Source: a virus
Length of the DNA stretch: 64,000 nt
IMG/VR virus record: IMGVR_UViG_3300019776_000252
Location: 1 to 64,000 of that record
Strand: one strand, 5' to 3'
The notes under the pieces were generated by a model. The model had not been told where the DNA came from. It saw nothing but the letters and a program-made list of their open reading frames with translations, and ran no database searches. This document shows, piece by piece, positions 37,257 to 47,950 of this stretch (position 1 is its first letter; every line of letters starts with the position of its first letter). The translations under genes and the position numbers were made by a program.

Positions 37257-40200
37257 ATGGCTGAAGACTACCGTGATTATTTCAATAACAAGCTTTCTCA
37301 GGAACTAGCAGCTACCTCTCAAAAGTTTGGTAGAGATACCCGTTTCGCTGATCTACAAGCAGCCACTAATGAAAAGATTGCACAACTCGGTATTCTCCGA
37401 GAGGAAGCAATTAAGCAACGGGAGATTGACAACCAATCTTGGGTTAAGAAACTTGATCTAGATCCTAATGGCCTAGCTGCTGATATTGCCAACATTGGAG
37501 CAAGTGTTTATCAGGGTATTTCCAACAATATTGTTGGTCCTACTGTAGCCCTGCCTCATACTGTTGGGGCTATTCTTGATCAAGCTCGTCTTACCTCTGC
37601 TGAACAAGAGGCTTATACCCGCTATAAGCAAAACCAAGCCACACCAGAAGACATTGCCATGTTGAACCAACGCAAGGGTGTTTACACGCCTTCTGCAATG
37701 GAACTGGCTAGGAATGCTGAAGATAATCGTAAGACTGCTACTGATATTCGAGATGCATTCAATCGGGATGAGGTTATTTACAGTGCTGATCGTAGGAAGC
37801 TATCCCAAGATCTGGGTCAAGACTTTCAATCTGCATGGGATCAAACTGGTTTAGAAAACCTGTTCACCAAAGGTAAGGAAATTGGTGGAGCAGGAGATGT
37901 TGTTTCTGGTTTAGCCAAACTGATCTATAACGCTGGTAAGGCTGCTGTTAATAATCCCGCAGCTTCTATGCAGTACATGGCAGAAAACCTGCCACAGATG
38001 TTCGTAGGTGGTGCTGGTAAAGCTGGTTCTGCAGCATTGGCTTTAACCAATGCCCAATATGGTGCTGATCTGTACTTCAAGAGTGTCCAGAAGTACCAAG
38101 CAGATAACAACGGAGCAATGCCCCCACCTGAGTTAGCTCAATCCTTGGCTTTACAAGCAGCAGGGGCTGCTGCCTTGGAACATGCAGGTGAGCTTGGACA
38201 ACTTAAGGCTGCTGGGAAGATCGGTAATGCAGCTACAGAGGCTACTAAGGCTGAAGCTACCAAAGGCTTCAAGGAAGCCATCCTAAACGCTGCTAAACCG
38301 CTTGTTCCTGGTATTAAGGCAACTGCTGCAGGTATGGCAGATGAGGCTATTACAGAAGGTGTTCAGACTTACCTTGAGGGTAATCTGGACTTTAAGCCAG
38401 CTACAGCCAAAGATATCTATGAAGGTGCTGCTATTGGTGGTATTTCTGGTGGTGGTTTGTCTGGTTCTCATAAAGTAGTCCAGCAACTCACGGGTACTAC
38501 TGAAGAAGCTATTGCTAAAAAGAAAGAAGACTTCATTGCTGCTGTTGGTTACGCTCAGAACGTAAAAGACAACAATGCTGACTTCTACCTGACTCCTGAG
38601 AATAATGATCCTGTCAAGGCTATGAAGGTCTTGTTTGATCATGCTCAGTCTGATGCAGCTACTCCTGAAACCAAGGTTCAGAACTATGCCAAAGCATTGG
38701 AGATCTTGGATCAGATGGAAAGCGAAGTTGCTAAGAAGCAATCTATCTTGGACTATGCAGGTGAGACTCGGGAAGAGTTAAACCGAGCTATTGAGAGTGC
38801 TACTCAACAGCTTCAAAACCTTGATCTAAATCAACCAGATCAAGCTAAAAAAGCAGAAGTGTTTCAAAATGCGATTGATGAACGTCAAGCCGCAATTGAG
38901 CTTCAAGACGGTGGTACAACCGCAATACAGCGTCAACAAGCGGAGGTAGACGCTAGTAATAAAAAGATCAAGACTGCAACTAACCTTCAGGTTCAGCTTG
39001 CAAACACCACGAAAGTTTTGGCTTCACAAGAGCAAGTTAATACAGATATTTCTGTAGCTAACTCTCCGGTGAATATTGCTGACCCTGCCTCTATTGATGC
39101 TGCAACAAAATCAATAGAGAGGGTAATCCAAGTGACTTATGCGTCACCAGATAAAGTGTCTCCGCAACAGGCACTAGCAATTGCAGATAACATGGACAAT
39201 GGCTTAACAGAGCCACAGCGTACATATCTAAGGGAGTTTTCCAAAGCACGTATTGAACAAAACCTACTCGAAACTACTGAGTCGGTTAATAGCACCATCC
39301 TTAATGGTTCTAAGGCACATAAAGGTGTTCTTACTTACCAAGCCCAGATTGGTGATGCATTACTGAATAACGACTTTGCTCGTGCAACTCGTTTGGTTGG
39401 TTTGCTGAGTAACTTCGCTAATGACCATACTCAAAAGGCAGAAGTTGCCACAAAAGCACTGGAACAAGCCATTGCTACCAAGCGTTCTGTGCAAGTCATT
39501 AAGACAGCAGGAAGCAACGGTACTTGGCAGATCAATACTGGTAAGCCACTTGGTCGTGATGAGATGGCTGCAATGGGTGGTGTTACAGCACATCCTAATA
39601 GCCCTAAATCTCGTGCATTGATTGCCAGTATTCCATTGGAAGCCAAGATCCTTCAATCTACTCATGCTGCTCAAGTGGCAGCTATGAACTTGAGATTTGC
39701 TGGTTCTACCGCCTCCGCTACTCCCGCAACACAGACTACGGCTACGCCTTCGTCTGTTGCTCCCGTAGCGTCGGCTGTTCCTAAAACTACAGTAGAATCC
39801 CCAACTCCCAACTCCCCTATAAATAATCAATCTGAGAACAAGTCAGAGGATGCTGCACGTACTGATATTACATCCAGTACTTCTGCAGGGACAGGCTCAC
39901 TCCGTGAGCCACTGACAGATCCAGTTAAAGATACAGCTAACCTAGCTAAACACCAGCCCCTGGTTTCAGATCGTAAGCTGGAAGTACTGAACGATGTTCA
40001 GAGAGCCAAGCTAGAAGACGTTCTTCAGAAGCTTGCTGGTTACTACGGTAATCAGATCAATAGCGTCACGTTCTACATCCAAGACAAACTGGATGCCAAC
40101 GGTAAGCCTGAACTAGCTGCAGCCTTTATTGATGACAAGGTTCAAGCTATTGGCTTGCATTCTTCTCTATTCGGTACTTTTAACCTTACAAGTGTCACTG

Positions 40201-43200
40201 ATGAGGCTATCTTTGAGTTTGTTGTTGCCCATGAGCTAGGACACGTTAAAGACAAAGAGACTGCTTATGCCTCTGAGAATGCAGAAGAACTCTCTTATGG
40301 TGGTATCGTCTATACTGAAATTTCCAAGGCTCTGAAAGCCAATCAGCTAAGTCCTCTGGCTCAGATGGCCTTTGGGCAGATCTTTAAGGCTGGATTCAAA
40401 GGTAATGTTCCCAAGGAAATCTTCGCTAATCTTCATGCTTTTGCAAGCATCCAACCTGACCTTCTAAAGAAAGAGCTTCCCAATGGATACCAATTCATCC
40501 AAGGACCAGACACAGCAACAACCGGAAACCAAGGAACAACCGAAACAACTCAAGATAGTTCCGTTTCCAGCGTATCTGAACGACCTGCTGACACAAAATC
40601 TACCGAGTCAACAGACACCGGAACAGAGTCCCAAACAGGAAAGCTAGACGCACTAGTAGGTGATAAGTCTTCCAAGAATTCACCGTTTATTGAACGTAAC
40701 CTGCTTGTAGATCATGTTACTCAGCAGATTGGTGATGAGACTAATCTCAACTATCAACGTCCTCTTGTAGCAGTAAAGAACTTCTTTAGTACTGCAGCAG
40801 GTAAGTTCACAGACTTCCTTGCTAAAGGTAGCTACACAGCTTCTGAGAAACAGAATGCTGCTCTTGGCTTGTTCAACTCTATTACTCCTTTGTGGAGCAA
40901 GATCATTAATAATGATCTGGTTGAGGAAGATAAGAAGTTTCACTACACCACACCATTTAACTGGCTCATCAAGAAAGAAGGCAATAAGCTTCAACTTGAA
41001 GAGAACGTTACTACTGCAATGGTGTATGCAGCACTGAATGCTCTTACTGAACTAGATAGTAAAGGCATCTACAACACCCAAGAAACTATTGCTTCTATGG
41101 TTGGTTTGTCTTCTGTAGCAGGCATTACTCCACAGATGACAGCTACCCTTACTGATGTGGGTATGCGAGCCAATGTATTCCGTAATGCTATTGGTTCTTC
41201 AGCCATGCAAGCTCTTGGCTTCAAGGTAGATAAAGATGCTCCTAAGAACTTAGAAGCACGTCTTGAAGCTGGATTTGCAGGACGTATTGAGAAGCTGCTT
41301 ATTGATCGTGGCTTGGTAGAAGTACGGGATATCCCCGCTGCTGAGATGCAGCAGATTGAGAACTCTGTAGCTTTATTTGAAGGACGTAAAGCTCGTAGCT
41401 TTGATGCCGGTACTAAGTTCAAATTTATCCGTCTAAAGCGTCAAGGAGATAAACTACATCCAGATGTAACTAATCTCTTGGATTCTTTGAAGGGTAGTAA
41501 TGGCATTCTGGATAAGCTGTTTGGTGTTCAATCCAACATCAAATATCCTAGTCTTACTCCATTGAACTATGTTCAAACCAAAACAAAAGGCAAACAAGAA
41601 GTACCAAGTCTTCTTGCAGAAGTGAACCAGCAAAACCAACAAACAAAGAACTTTGTTCGTGAGGATTTGTGGCGTGTTCTTTCTGGTTTGGATTCCTCTG
41701 TTATTGAAGGTTTGATTGGTATTGTTCCTGAAGGTGCAGATCAGCCAGTAGCTAATGCCCTGTCTACCAAAGCCAAGAATGATGGCTTGCGTAGGGAATG
41801 GGCGATTGCTACCGACTTTGTAAACGACATTCTTCTTAAGACAGCAGAGGGCTTCAATCAGCCTATCTACTTCTCGTATGACACATGGATTCAACAACGT
41901 GTTGGTCTTGATGGTTCTTTGAATCCACAATCCAGCAAGATCCATCGTGCATTGATGACCAAGGAAACTTGGAAGACAGAGATTGATCCCAACAACCTTG
42001 GCAAAGTAGCTTTCATGAAGCTGTTTGTTGCAGAGTCTTTCGGTGTCAAGATTGATCGGATGGACCCAGCTAATTCTTTAGAAAAGTTTAGTAATAAGCT
42101 GGCTGATCCTGTAATTGCTAAGGCAATTGACGATATTCAAGCCAACATCTATGAAGGTACTTCATTAGATTCTGAAAGCCAAGACAATCTACTCAAAGCA
42201 GTTCGTAAAGGTGGTGAGAACCTAGCGACAATGGATGCTATTGTTGCTATGGCTCACTTGCAGCAAGCTATTGCTACTAATAAGCCTGTTACTGTAAGTC
42301 TACCTGCTAGTGTTGACGGAGTTACCAATGGTCCTATTCTTGGTTTGATTCTGTTCAGTGCTGGCTTGGATGTTAAGTCTTTGAACTATCTAGCTGAGAA
42401 AGGCGGTATCTATACCGATGCTTCTAATGCAGAAGACTTTCCTGAATGGAAAGACAACCCAGCTAATAAAGATCTGTACGAAACAGTAATGGATGACGTA
42501 TTGAAACATGTACGTAAAGCCATTGAAAGTGGTCAAGTACCAGTAGAACTAGCTAAGGCTGTTAGCTTCTTCACAGGAGATCTCCGTGAGAAAGACAAGC
42601 CTACTTCTATTAGTTCTGCAGCACGTAAGATCATCAAGCCACCAGTAACTGAATCAGTATTTGGTGCTGGAGTGTCTACGTCTATTGAGCACATGGCTTT
42701 GAATTTTGTTGACTCTGTTTATGCCAAGCTTGCAGAAGTCAACCTTATGGACGAAGCAGACAAAGCCGAAGCAGTAAAACACATTAATTACTTACTCTAT
42801 ACAGGTGGTTCAAAGCTTCGTTTGAATGCTTCTCAGAACCTTAATGATTCGTTCTTACAACCAGAAATCAATGCTATTAAGCAGGCTTTTGGTGACTTGT
42901 TTGGTGAAGCAGTTACCCAAACAATGGAAACACAATTCAGTGCTTTCAAGGAATCTACTCGTACCTATAACCAGTTGGCTTCTACTCTTAACAGCATCTA
43001 TGAAAACATCTATGTTGTTAAGCGCCAAGAGTTTATTCAAGAGCTTATTGCTAAGGAAAAAGCAAAGCCTGGTACTGGAATGCCTTATGGATTGGGTAAA
43101 GTTGATCCCAATACAGGCAAACCAATTAAGGACAAGGAAACCCCTTTACGTGATCTAACAACCAAGGAAGAGGAAGAGCTTGCTAAACGACTAGCTCCTG

Positions 43201-46200
43201 TATTCCCTATTGTTCAGACACTGCTCTCTAGGGAAAGCAACCAACCAAACGCAGGATTGCGTATTGCTTCTATTACAGAAGATCTTAAGCTAAATCCTTT
43301 GTATCGAACAGCTACCAAGTTCAAGAATGTAATCACTAGTAGTGATTCCAGCTTGTGGGGAAAACACAGCCTAGTAACTCAAAGTTTTACTGAGACTTTT
43401 GAAGATCCGGGTGTAGCAATGCTTCCATTGCTTATCCACTCTTTGGATAGCTACATCTCTCACACGACACAGAAAGACATGGAACTATTGAATGTCCATG
43501 ACTCTGTTGTTGGTGGTTTAAACACTATTGCAGAAGCCAGTGAAAAGATTAACAAAGTTACCTTTAATGCTCTGCTGAAGTTCTCTCCAATGGGTGAGAT
43601 GTACCATTCACTAGAGAACATGATTACTGGTTTATCTTTGTTAAAAGACCGTAATGAACTGACACCAGAGATTCTTAGCAAGCTAGGTAAAGAAGGCTCT
43701 TTTGTTAAGAAGCTGATGAATACTCATGCAGCAGTACGTGAAGCTGATACAGCCAAACTTAATGCAATGCTTAAGTGGGTTTCTGTTAATCAGTATGCTC
43801 TTACTGGTGGTGCTTACACAGTTACCGAGGAAGATACCAAGGCAGTAGAGAAAGCTTTGGAAGCTACCAAAGAGCCTATTAATCCTTTGATCTTGCAACG
43901 TGCTCGTGATCTGGACAAGTTGTTTAAGGCTAAGGATACCCAAGACAACAAGCCAAAGGCAGACAACGCACCAATATTGCCACCAAGCAATACCTACAGT
44001 ACTCATGACATTTTTAATGCCATTGATACGAATGGTGTTAGCCCTACCTTTAGGGATCATCTAAGCAAGATCTTGACTGACATTGTTGAGCGTCTTCATG
44101 GTTCATTTGGTACTCTTACCGAAGCCATGATGAAAGACACTCCATTGGCACCAATTGATGTGTTCTCTACCGCTATGGCTACTGGTGTAGCTCCCTTTGC
44201 TTCTGAACTGGTTGCTTCTGGTTTCAAGTTTGACAACCAAAGCATGTTTGTTGCAGAACAGATCGAAGCCACAGTACGTAGCTTGATCAGCAATGGCAAC
44301 CAGAACAACTCCGTTGTTTACAACGAACTAGTTCGCTTGGAGAAGGAAACTCGTCAACGTCTTAAGGTTCAAGACTTCCATAAAGGTGACTGGAATACAG
44401 CAAACCAACAGGAAAAAGACAAGGCACAAGCCTTGTACGACTACCTTTTTAACAAGGTAGATACCAATTACTTGGCTAGGTTTGCTGCTCTTGGTTTGGC
44501 TCATGAAGACTTCAATAAGCTCTTGCAAGTTCCAACCAAGTTGGCTCCCAAGATCATGGAAGACAAGACTATTGCAGGTGTATTGGGCCGAGTCTTCCAG
44601 AAGATTACTCAGTTGATCAACGGTAAATTGACCAACACAAAGCCAGGACAAGCAGCAGACCTTAAATTGAATCTGTTGGTTCGTCAATTGGTAGAGATTG
44701 AGAACAAACGCAAAGTCATGTTGACTATGAAAGATACCAGCTTGGTTTCATTCATGGATAAGACTATGCGTGCTACTCGTAAGGGTGCTAGAACTCAATT
44801 TGCCAACGTATTGAACAGCAGCATGTTCATGCATAACAAGAACGCAGTTATTAGTGCTGGTTCTAGGTTTGCCAATGCTATTGCGAATAATCAATTGAAG
44901 TACTGGTTTAAGGGAATGCAAATCCTTCGCAACCGTACTATCAAAGATATTCAAGGTACAGGAGCATCAATACTTGGTGAGATGAATGGTCCAGCAATGT
45001 CTATTGCTACTATCTTCCGTCTTACTAAGACGTTGGAAAAGCATCGTAAAGACGCTATTACTTTCACCAGTAAGGCAGTAATTGAGTCCTTTGTGAACAA
45101 AGGCAAAGACCTAACGACAAGCGCAAAAGCAAGCATTAGCAATGTGTTGCTTCGTTCCGGTGCTTATGTCTTGCAATCTAAGTACGACATGAAGCAGTTG
45201 GAAACATTGCTTCGTGATACCACTGCTTTGAATAAAGAAATCCAAAGCCATGAAGATCTCTTGAAGCAAGAAGCAGGAACAGACTATGGCTACGTACAGG
45301 CACAGTCAGCAGCTTTGGGTTATTTCTTGGTAACAGGACAATCCACAATTGAGTACCTACTTAAGAACGCAAACAACATTGCTAAGTTGGCAGGTACAAA
45401 GAATTATGGAAAATTCTCCCCCGCCCAAGAAAAGAAAGTAACTGAATTGGTAGATGTGTTGACCAGCTTGTACGCACTTCGGTACAACACAGCCACAGCA
45501 CGTAACGAAGTAGCAGACGTATTGGGCAAAGAGAACGCACGAACAGACGAAGACCACGGTATTCGTATGGTGTTTGCCCAGCATGAGCAGCTAGAACTGG
45601 ATGCTAAGGAACGTCTGTTTGATGGCTCTGAGGCATTGATGCAGAAGGGATATACCCCAGAGATTTATAACCCCCACACAGACATTCAAGTAGTGGAAGC
45701 AGGCATGGGTAAAGACCTAGAAAATCTTGGCTACACCAAGGTTTCTAAGCTTGGTTTAGATCCTATGGACCCAGCCACATCCTCTAAGGAAATGTACGTT
45801 CTTAGAGATGGTGGTTTGCTTCCTTGGCTTTCTGGCATCTTTTCTTACACCAGTATGAAGGCCAAGGGAACGCAGGTACATAGTGGCTATAACCAACAGG
45901 TGCATAACCAGATCATGTTGGATAAGCAGAATGCTATGGCTAAGTACACAGGTACATTTGACCCTACAAAGGTAACTGCTAACTACACAGTTCCTCTGTT
46001 GAATTCCAACATGTATCCGGTCAACTTCCAATACATGATGACCAGTGATACCAAAGATACTTTGCTTGAGCGCAATAACGACATGGCATCTATCTTGGGT
46101 ACATTGGCAGGTAATACCTACGACAAGGAAGCTTCTAGCGTACAGAACAAAAAGGCTGTGGAACTCTTCTATAAAGAGTTTAAAGCTAACTACACAAAGC

Positions 46201-47447
46201 ATCCTGATGGCTTTATGGCTGTTAGTGCTACTAGTTCTATTCCTGAGCTACGTGAAATCTATTCAATGCTTCCTAAAGCCACCAAGGATCACATTCGTGA
46301 AATCTGGGGTAAGGATGAAATGCTTATTGATGTAGCCAATCTGGATATTGCTTTTGGATATCGCAAGAAGAGCCTGTCTACAGTGTTTGACAAGGATGAA
46401 GCAGAACGTAACTCACTAGAGAAGCTGTTCCACTTCGTAGTAACCAGAATGCTCTATGACTATGCACGAGTAATGAAGCACATGTCTGTAGCAGATGCAG
46501 AAACATTCTCTAAGAGTGCTGCTGTACGTGTTCGTAGAGCAGAGAACATGTGGCAAGCTCTGGTTCACGAAGTTAAAGATATCTATGTAGTAAAGAACAT
46601 TACTACTTCACTGGATAACATCAAGAGTAACTACATCATGCTGATGTTGTACGGTGTTCCAGTGATGGATATTGTTAAAGATACTACTGTAGCTTGGATT
46701 GAAGCAAGTAAGTATCGTAAGACTACTGAAGAAGTAGCCTTACTTAAGGCTAAGTTAGCTAAAGGCTACACACAAGGTAGTACTAAACGTATTGAAAATG
46801 AGATTGCTCGTCTTGAATCTAACCTTAGTAATAGTCCTGTGCATGAGCTAATGGTTGCTGGCATGATGCCAACAATTGTGGAAGATGTTGGTGCTGTAGA
46901 TGATCCTTATTCTTATAAGGCTGGTTTCATCCATAAGATGGAGAAGTTCACTAATAAGATTAATCCACATGTTAAAAATGTGGCTAAACATGTCTACATG
47001 GCCCACGACACACCACAATATAAGGTGTTAAGCCAGATCACTCAATTGAGTGACTTTGTTGGTAAGTATGCTCTGTATAAGCACCTTACTACCCGCAAGC
47101 ACAACCCTATTGCTAAGGATGTTGCTATGCAGGAAGTATCAGACGCATTTATTAACTACGATATCCCAATGCATCGAAATCTCCAATATTTGGATGACAT
47201 GGGTTTTAGCATGTTTAATAAATACTTCTTGCGTATTCAGCGTGTAATTCGTGGTCGCTTTATTCACGCTTCAGGAAAGATGGCTGGAATGATGTTCTTT
47301 GAAAAGAACGTAACCAATCTGCCTACTATTCTGGATTCCTCTGTATTGCTTAGGTTTGGCAATAATCCATTCTCTCTAGGAGCTTTGAATTACCCAAGTG
47401 CTCTTGGTGAGTTACCTGCACTGAAGATGGTTAGTAGCATCTTCTAA
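37257..47447 (+). CDS. Virion-encapsidated RNA polymerase (N4 gp50-like)
   Basis: 3396 aa, no Cys seen; NPQSSKIHR, motif A VDGVTNGP, motif B RKIIKPPVTESVFG, motif C NVHDS; C-terminal SDFVGKY, FINYD, FNKYFLRIQ. Confidence 0.96.
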   Translation: MAEDYRDYFNNKLSQELAATSQKFGRDTRFADLQAATNEKIAQLGILREEAIKQREIDNQSWVKKLDLDPNGLAADIANIGASVYQGISNNIVGPTVALPHTVGAILDQARLTSAEQEAYTRYKQNQATPEDIAMLNQRKGVYTPSAMELARNAEDNRKTATDIRDAFNRDEVIYSADRRKLSQDLGQDFQSAWDQTGLENLFTKGKEIGGAGDVVSGLAKLIYNAGKAAVNNPAASMQYMAENLPQMFVGGAGKAGSAALALTNAQYGADLYFKSVQKYQADNNGAMPPPELAQSLALQAAGAAALEHAGELGQLKAAGKIGNAATEATKAEATKGFKEAILNAAKPLVPGIKATAAGMADEAITEGVQTYLEGNLDFKPATAKDIYEGAAIGGISGGGLSGSHKVVQQLTGTTEEAIAKKKEDFIAAVGYAQNVKDNNADFYLTPENNDPVKAMKVLFDHAQSDAATPETKVQNYAKALEILDQMESEVAKKQSILDYAGETREELNRAIESATQQLQNLDLNQPDQAKKAEVFQNAIDERQAAIELQDGGTTAIQRQQAEVDASNKKIKTATNLQVQLANTTKVLASQEQVNTDISVANSPVNIADPASIDAATKSIERVIQVTYASPDKVSPQQALAIADNMDNGLTEPQRTYLREFSKARIEQNLLETTESVNSTILNGSKAHKGVLTYQAQIGDALLNNDFARATRLVGLLSNFANDHTQKAEVATKALEQAIATKRSVQVIKTAGSNGTWQINTGKPLGRDEMAAMGGVTAHPNSPKSRALIASIPLEAKILQSTHAAQVAAMNLRFAGSTASATPATQTTATPSSVAPVASAVPKTTVESPTPNSPINNQSENKSEDAARTDITSSTSAGTGSLREPLTDPVKDTANLAKHQPLVSDRKLEVLNDVQRAKLEDVLQKLAGYYGNQINSVTFYIQDKLDANGKPELAAAFIDDKVQAIGLHSSLFGTFNLTSVTDEAIFEFVVAHELGHVKDKETAYASENAEELSYGGIVYTEISKALKANQLSPLAQMAFGQIFKAGFKGNVPKEIFANLHAFASIQPDLLKKELPNGYQFIQGPDTATTGNQGTTETTQDSSVSSVSERPADTKSTESTDTGTESQTGKLDALVGDKSSKNSPFIERNLLVDHVTQQIGDETNLNYQRPLVAVKNFFSTAAGKFTDFLAKGSYTASEKQNAALGLFNSITPLWSKIINNDLVEEDKKFHYTTPFNWLIKKEGNKLQLEENVTTAMVYAALNALTELDSKGIYNTQETIASMVGLSSVAGITPQMTATLTDVGMRANVFRNAIGSSAMQALGFKVDKDAPKNLEARLEAGFAGRIEKLLIDRGLVEVRDIPAAEMQQIENSVALFEGRKARSFDAGTKFKFIRLKRQGDKLHPDVTNLLDSLKGSNGILDKLFGVQSNIKYPSLTPLNYVQTKTKGKQEVPSLLAEVNQQNQQTKNFVREDLWRVLSGLDSSVIEGLIGIVPEGADQPVANALSTKAKNDGLRREWAIATDFVNDILLKTAEGFNQPIYFSYDTWIQQRVGLDGSLNPQSSKIHRALMTKETWKTEIDPNNLGKVAFMKLFVAESFGVKIDRMDPANSLEKFSNKLADPVIAKAIDDIQANIYEGTSLDSESQDNLLKAVRKGGENLATMDAIVAMAHLQQAIATNKPVTVSLPASVDGVTNGPILGLILFSAGLDVKSLNYLAEKGGIYTDASNAEDFPEWKDNPANKDLYETVMDDVLKHVRKAIESGQVPVELAKAVSFFTGDLREKDKPTSISSAARKIIKPPVTESVFGAGVSTSIEHMALNFVDSVYAKLAEVNLMDEADKAEAVKHINYLLYTGGSKLRLNASQNLNDSFLQPEINAIKQAFGDLFGEAVTQTMETQFSAFKESTRTYNQLASTLNSIYENIYVVKRQEFIQELIAKEKAKPGTGMPYGLGKVDPNTGKPIKDKETPLRDLTTKEEEELAKRLAPVFPIVQTLLSRESNQPNAGLRIASITEDLKLNPLYRTATKFKNVITSSDSSLWGKHSLVTQSFTETFEDPGVAMLPLLIHSLDSYISHTTQKDMELLNVHDSVVGGLNTIAEASEKINKVTFNALLKFSPMGEMYHSLENMITGLSLLKDRNELTPEILSKLGKEGSFVKKLMNTHAAVREADTAKLNAMLKWVSVNQYALTGGAYTVTEEDTKAVEKALEATKEPINPLILQRARDLDKLFKAKDTQDNKPKADNAPILPPSNTYSTHDIFNAIDTNGVSPTFRDHLSKILTDIVERLHGSFGTLTEAMMKDTPLAPIDVFSTAMATGVAPFASELVASGFKFDNQSMFVAEQIEATVRSLISNGNQNNSVVYNELVRLEKETRQRLKVQDFHKGDWNTANQQEKDKAQALYDYLFNKVDTNYLARFAALGLAHEDFNKLLQVPTKLAPKIMEDKTIAGVLGRVFQKITQLINGKLTNTKPGQAADLKLNLLVRQLVEIENKRKVMLTMKDTSLVSFMDKTMRATRKGARTQFANVLNSSMFMHNKNAVISAGSRFANAIANNQLKYWFKGMQILRNRTIKDIQGTGASILGEMNGPAMSIATIFRLTKTLEKHRKDAITFTSKAVIESFVNKGKDLTTSAKASISNVLLRSGAYVLQSKYDMKQLETLLRDTTALNKEIQSHEDLLKQEAGTDYGYVQAQSAALGYFLVTGQSTIEYLLKNANNIAKLAGTKNYGKFSPAQEKKVTELVDVLTSLYALRYNTATARNEVADVLGKENARTDEDHGIRMVFAQHEQLELDAKERLFDGSEALMQKGYTPEIYNPHTDIQVVEAGMGKDLENLGYTKVSKLGLDPMDPATSSKEMYVLRDGGLLPWLSGIFSYTSMKAKGTQVHSGYNQQVHNQIMLDKQNAMAKYTGTFDPTKVTANYTVPLLNSNMYPVNFQYMMTSDTKDTLLERNNDMASILGTLAGNTYDKEASSVQNKKAVELFYKEFKANYTKHPDGFMAVSATSSIPELREIYSMLPKATKDHIREIWGKDEMLIDVANLDIAFGYRKKSLSTVFDKDEAERNSLEKLFHFVVTRMLYDYARVMKHMSVADAETFSKSAAVRVRRAENMWQALVHEVKDIYVVKNITTSLDNIKSNYIMLMLYGVPVMDIVKDTTVAWIEASKYRKTTEEVALLKAKLAKGYTQGSTKRIENEIARLESNLSNSPVHELMVAGMMPTIVEDVGAVDDPYSYKAGFIHKMEKFTNKINPHVKNVAKHVYMAHDTPQYKVLSQITQLSDFVGKYALYKHLTTRKHNPIAKDVAMQEVSDAFINYDIPMHRNLQYLDDMGFSMFNKYFLRIQRVIRGRFIHASGKMAGMMFFEKNVTNLPTILDSSVLLRFGNNPFSLGALNYPSALGELPALKMVSSIF

Positions 47448-47480
47448 TAAAAAGAAAGCCCTCTAATGAGGGCTTTCCTT
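47448..47480. terminator. Bidirectional terminator
   Basis: GAAAGCCCTC-TAAT-GAGGGCTTTC between convergent genes. Confidence 0.8.
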
Positions 47481-47481
47481 A

Positions 47482-47685
47482 TTAGTCATCTTTACGCTTC
47501 CCAAATAGTAATTCTTTAATAGCCACTGCTACTACAAGTACCACTACAAAGAATGATTGCATAAAGCTGAAAATGCTAGAGATTATGACTCCACTAGCAA
47601 TAACCGCTGCTCCAGCTACTGCAGCAAATACTGCTACAACAACTGCAAATATCGAGCCTGCTAGGTGGAAAAGAACTTTGAACAT
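47482..47685 (-). CDS. Small membrane protein (about 2 TM)
   Basis: Almost fully hydrophobic with a charged KRKDD tail. Confidence 0.7.
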   Translation of the reverse strand: MFKVLFHLAGSIFAVVVAVFAAVAGAAVIASGVIISSIFSFMQSFFVVVLVVAVAIKELLFGKRKDD

Positions 47686-47693
47686 CCTATGCC

Positions 47694-47942
47694 TTAGTTA
47701 AAGAGCGTAGGTGTTGGAGCTTCTTTCTTGGCTTCTGCAACAGGTTCTGCTGCTGTCATAGTCATCAGAGTCTGTGTTGTGTCTTTGGCGTCATTGATCT
47801 CAACTTCAGCAGACAGGCCATTGTCCCTACGTCCAGAGGTGAACGTAACGTCAACAGTCTTACCCACCAGATTGATACCTTGTTGGATGATGTAGAGGCG
47901 AAGTCCTGCTTCAATCTCTGATTGTTTCAGTTGAATTTGCAT
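47694..47942 (-). CDS. Conserved N4-like hypothetical protein
   Basis: MQIQLKQSEIE...FTSGR...GLSAEVEI; ends in TLFN. Confidence 0.75.
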   Translation of the reverse strand: MQIQLKQSEIEAGLRLYIIQQGINLVGKTVDVTFTSGRRDNGLSAEVEINDAKDTTQTLMTMTAAEPVAEAKKEAPTPTLFN

Positions 47943-47950
47943 AAGTTTCC

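Noticed and set aside
47482-47685. Holin call for the small membrane protein
   Set aside because: Middle-strand orientation and no adjacent endolysin or spanin; no lysis cassette recognised in this window.
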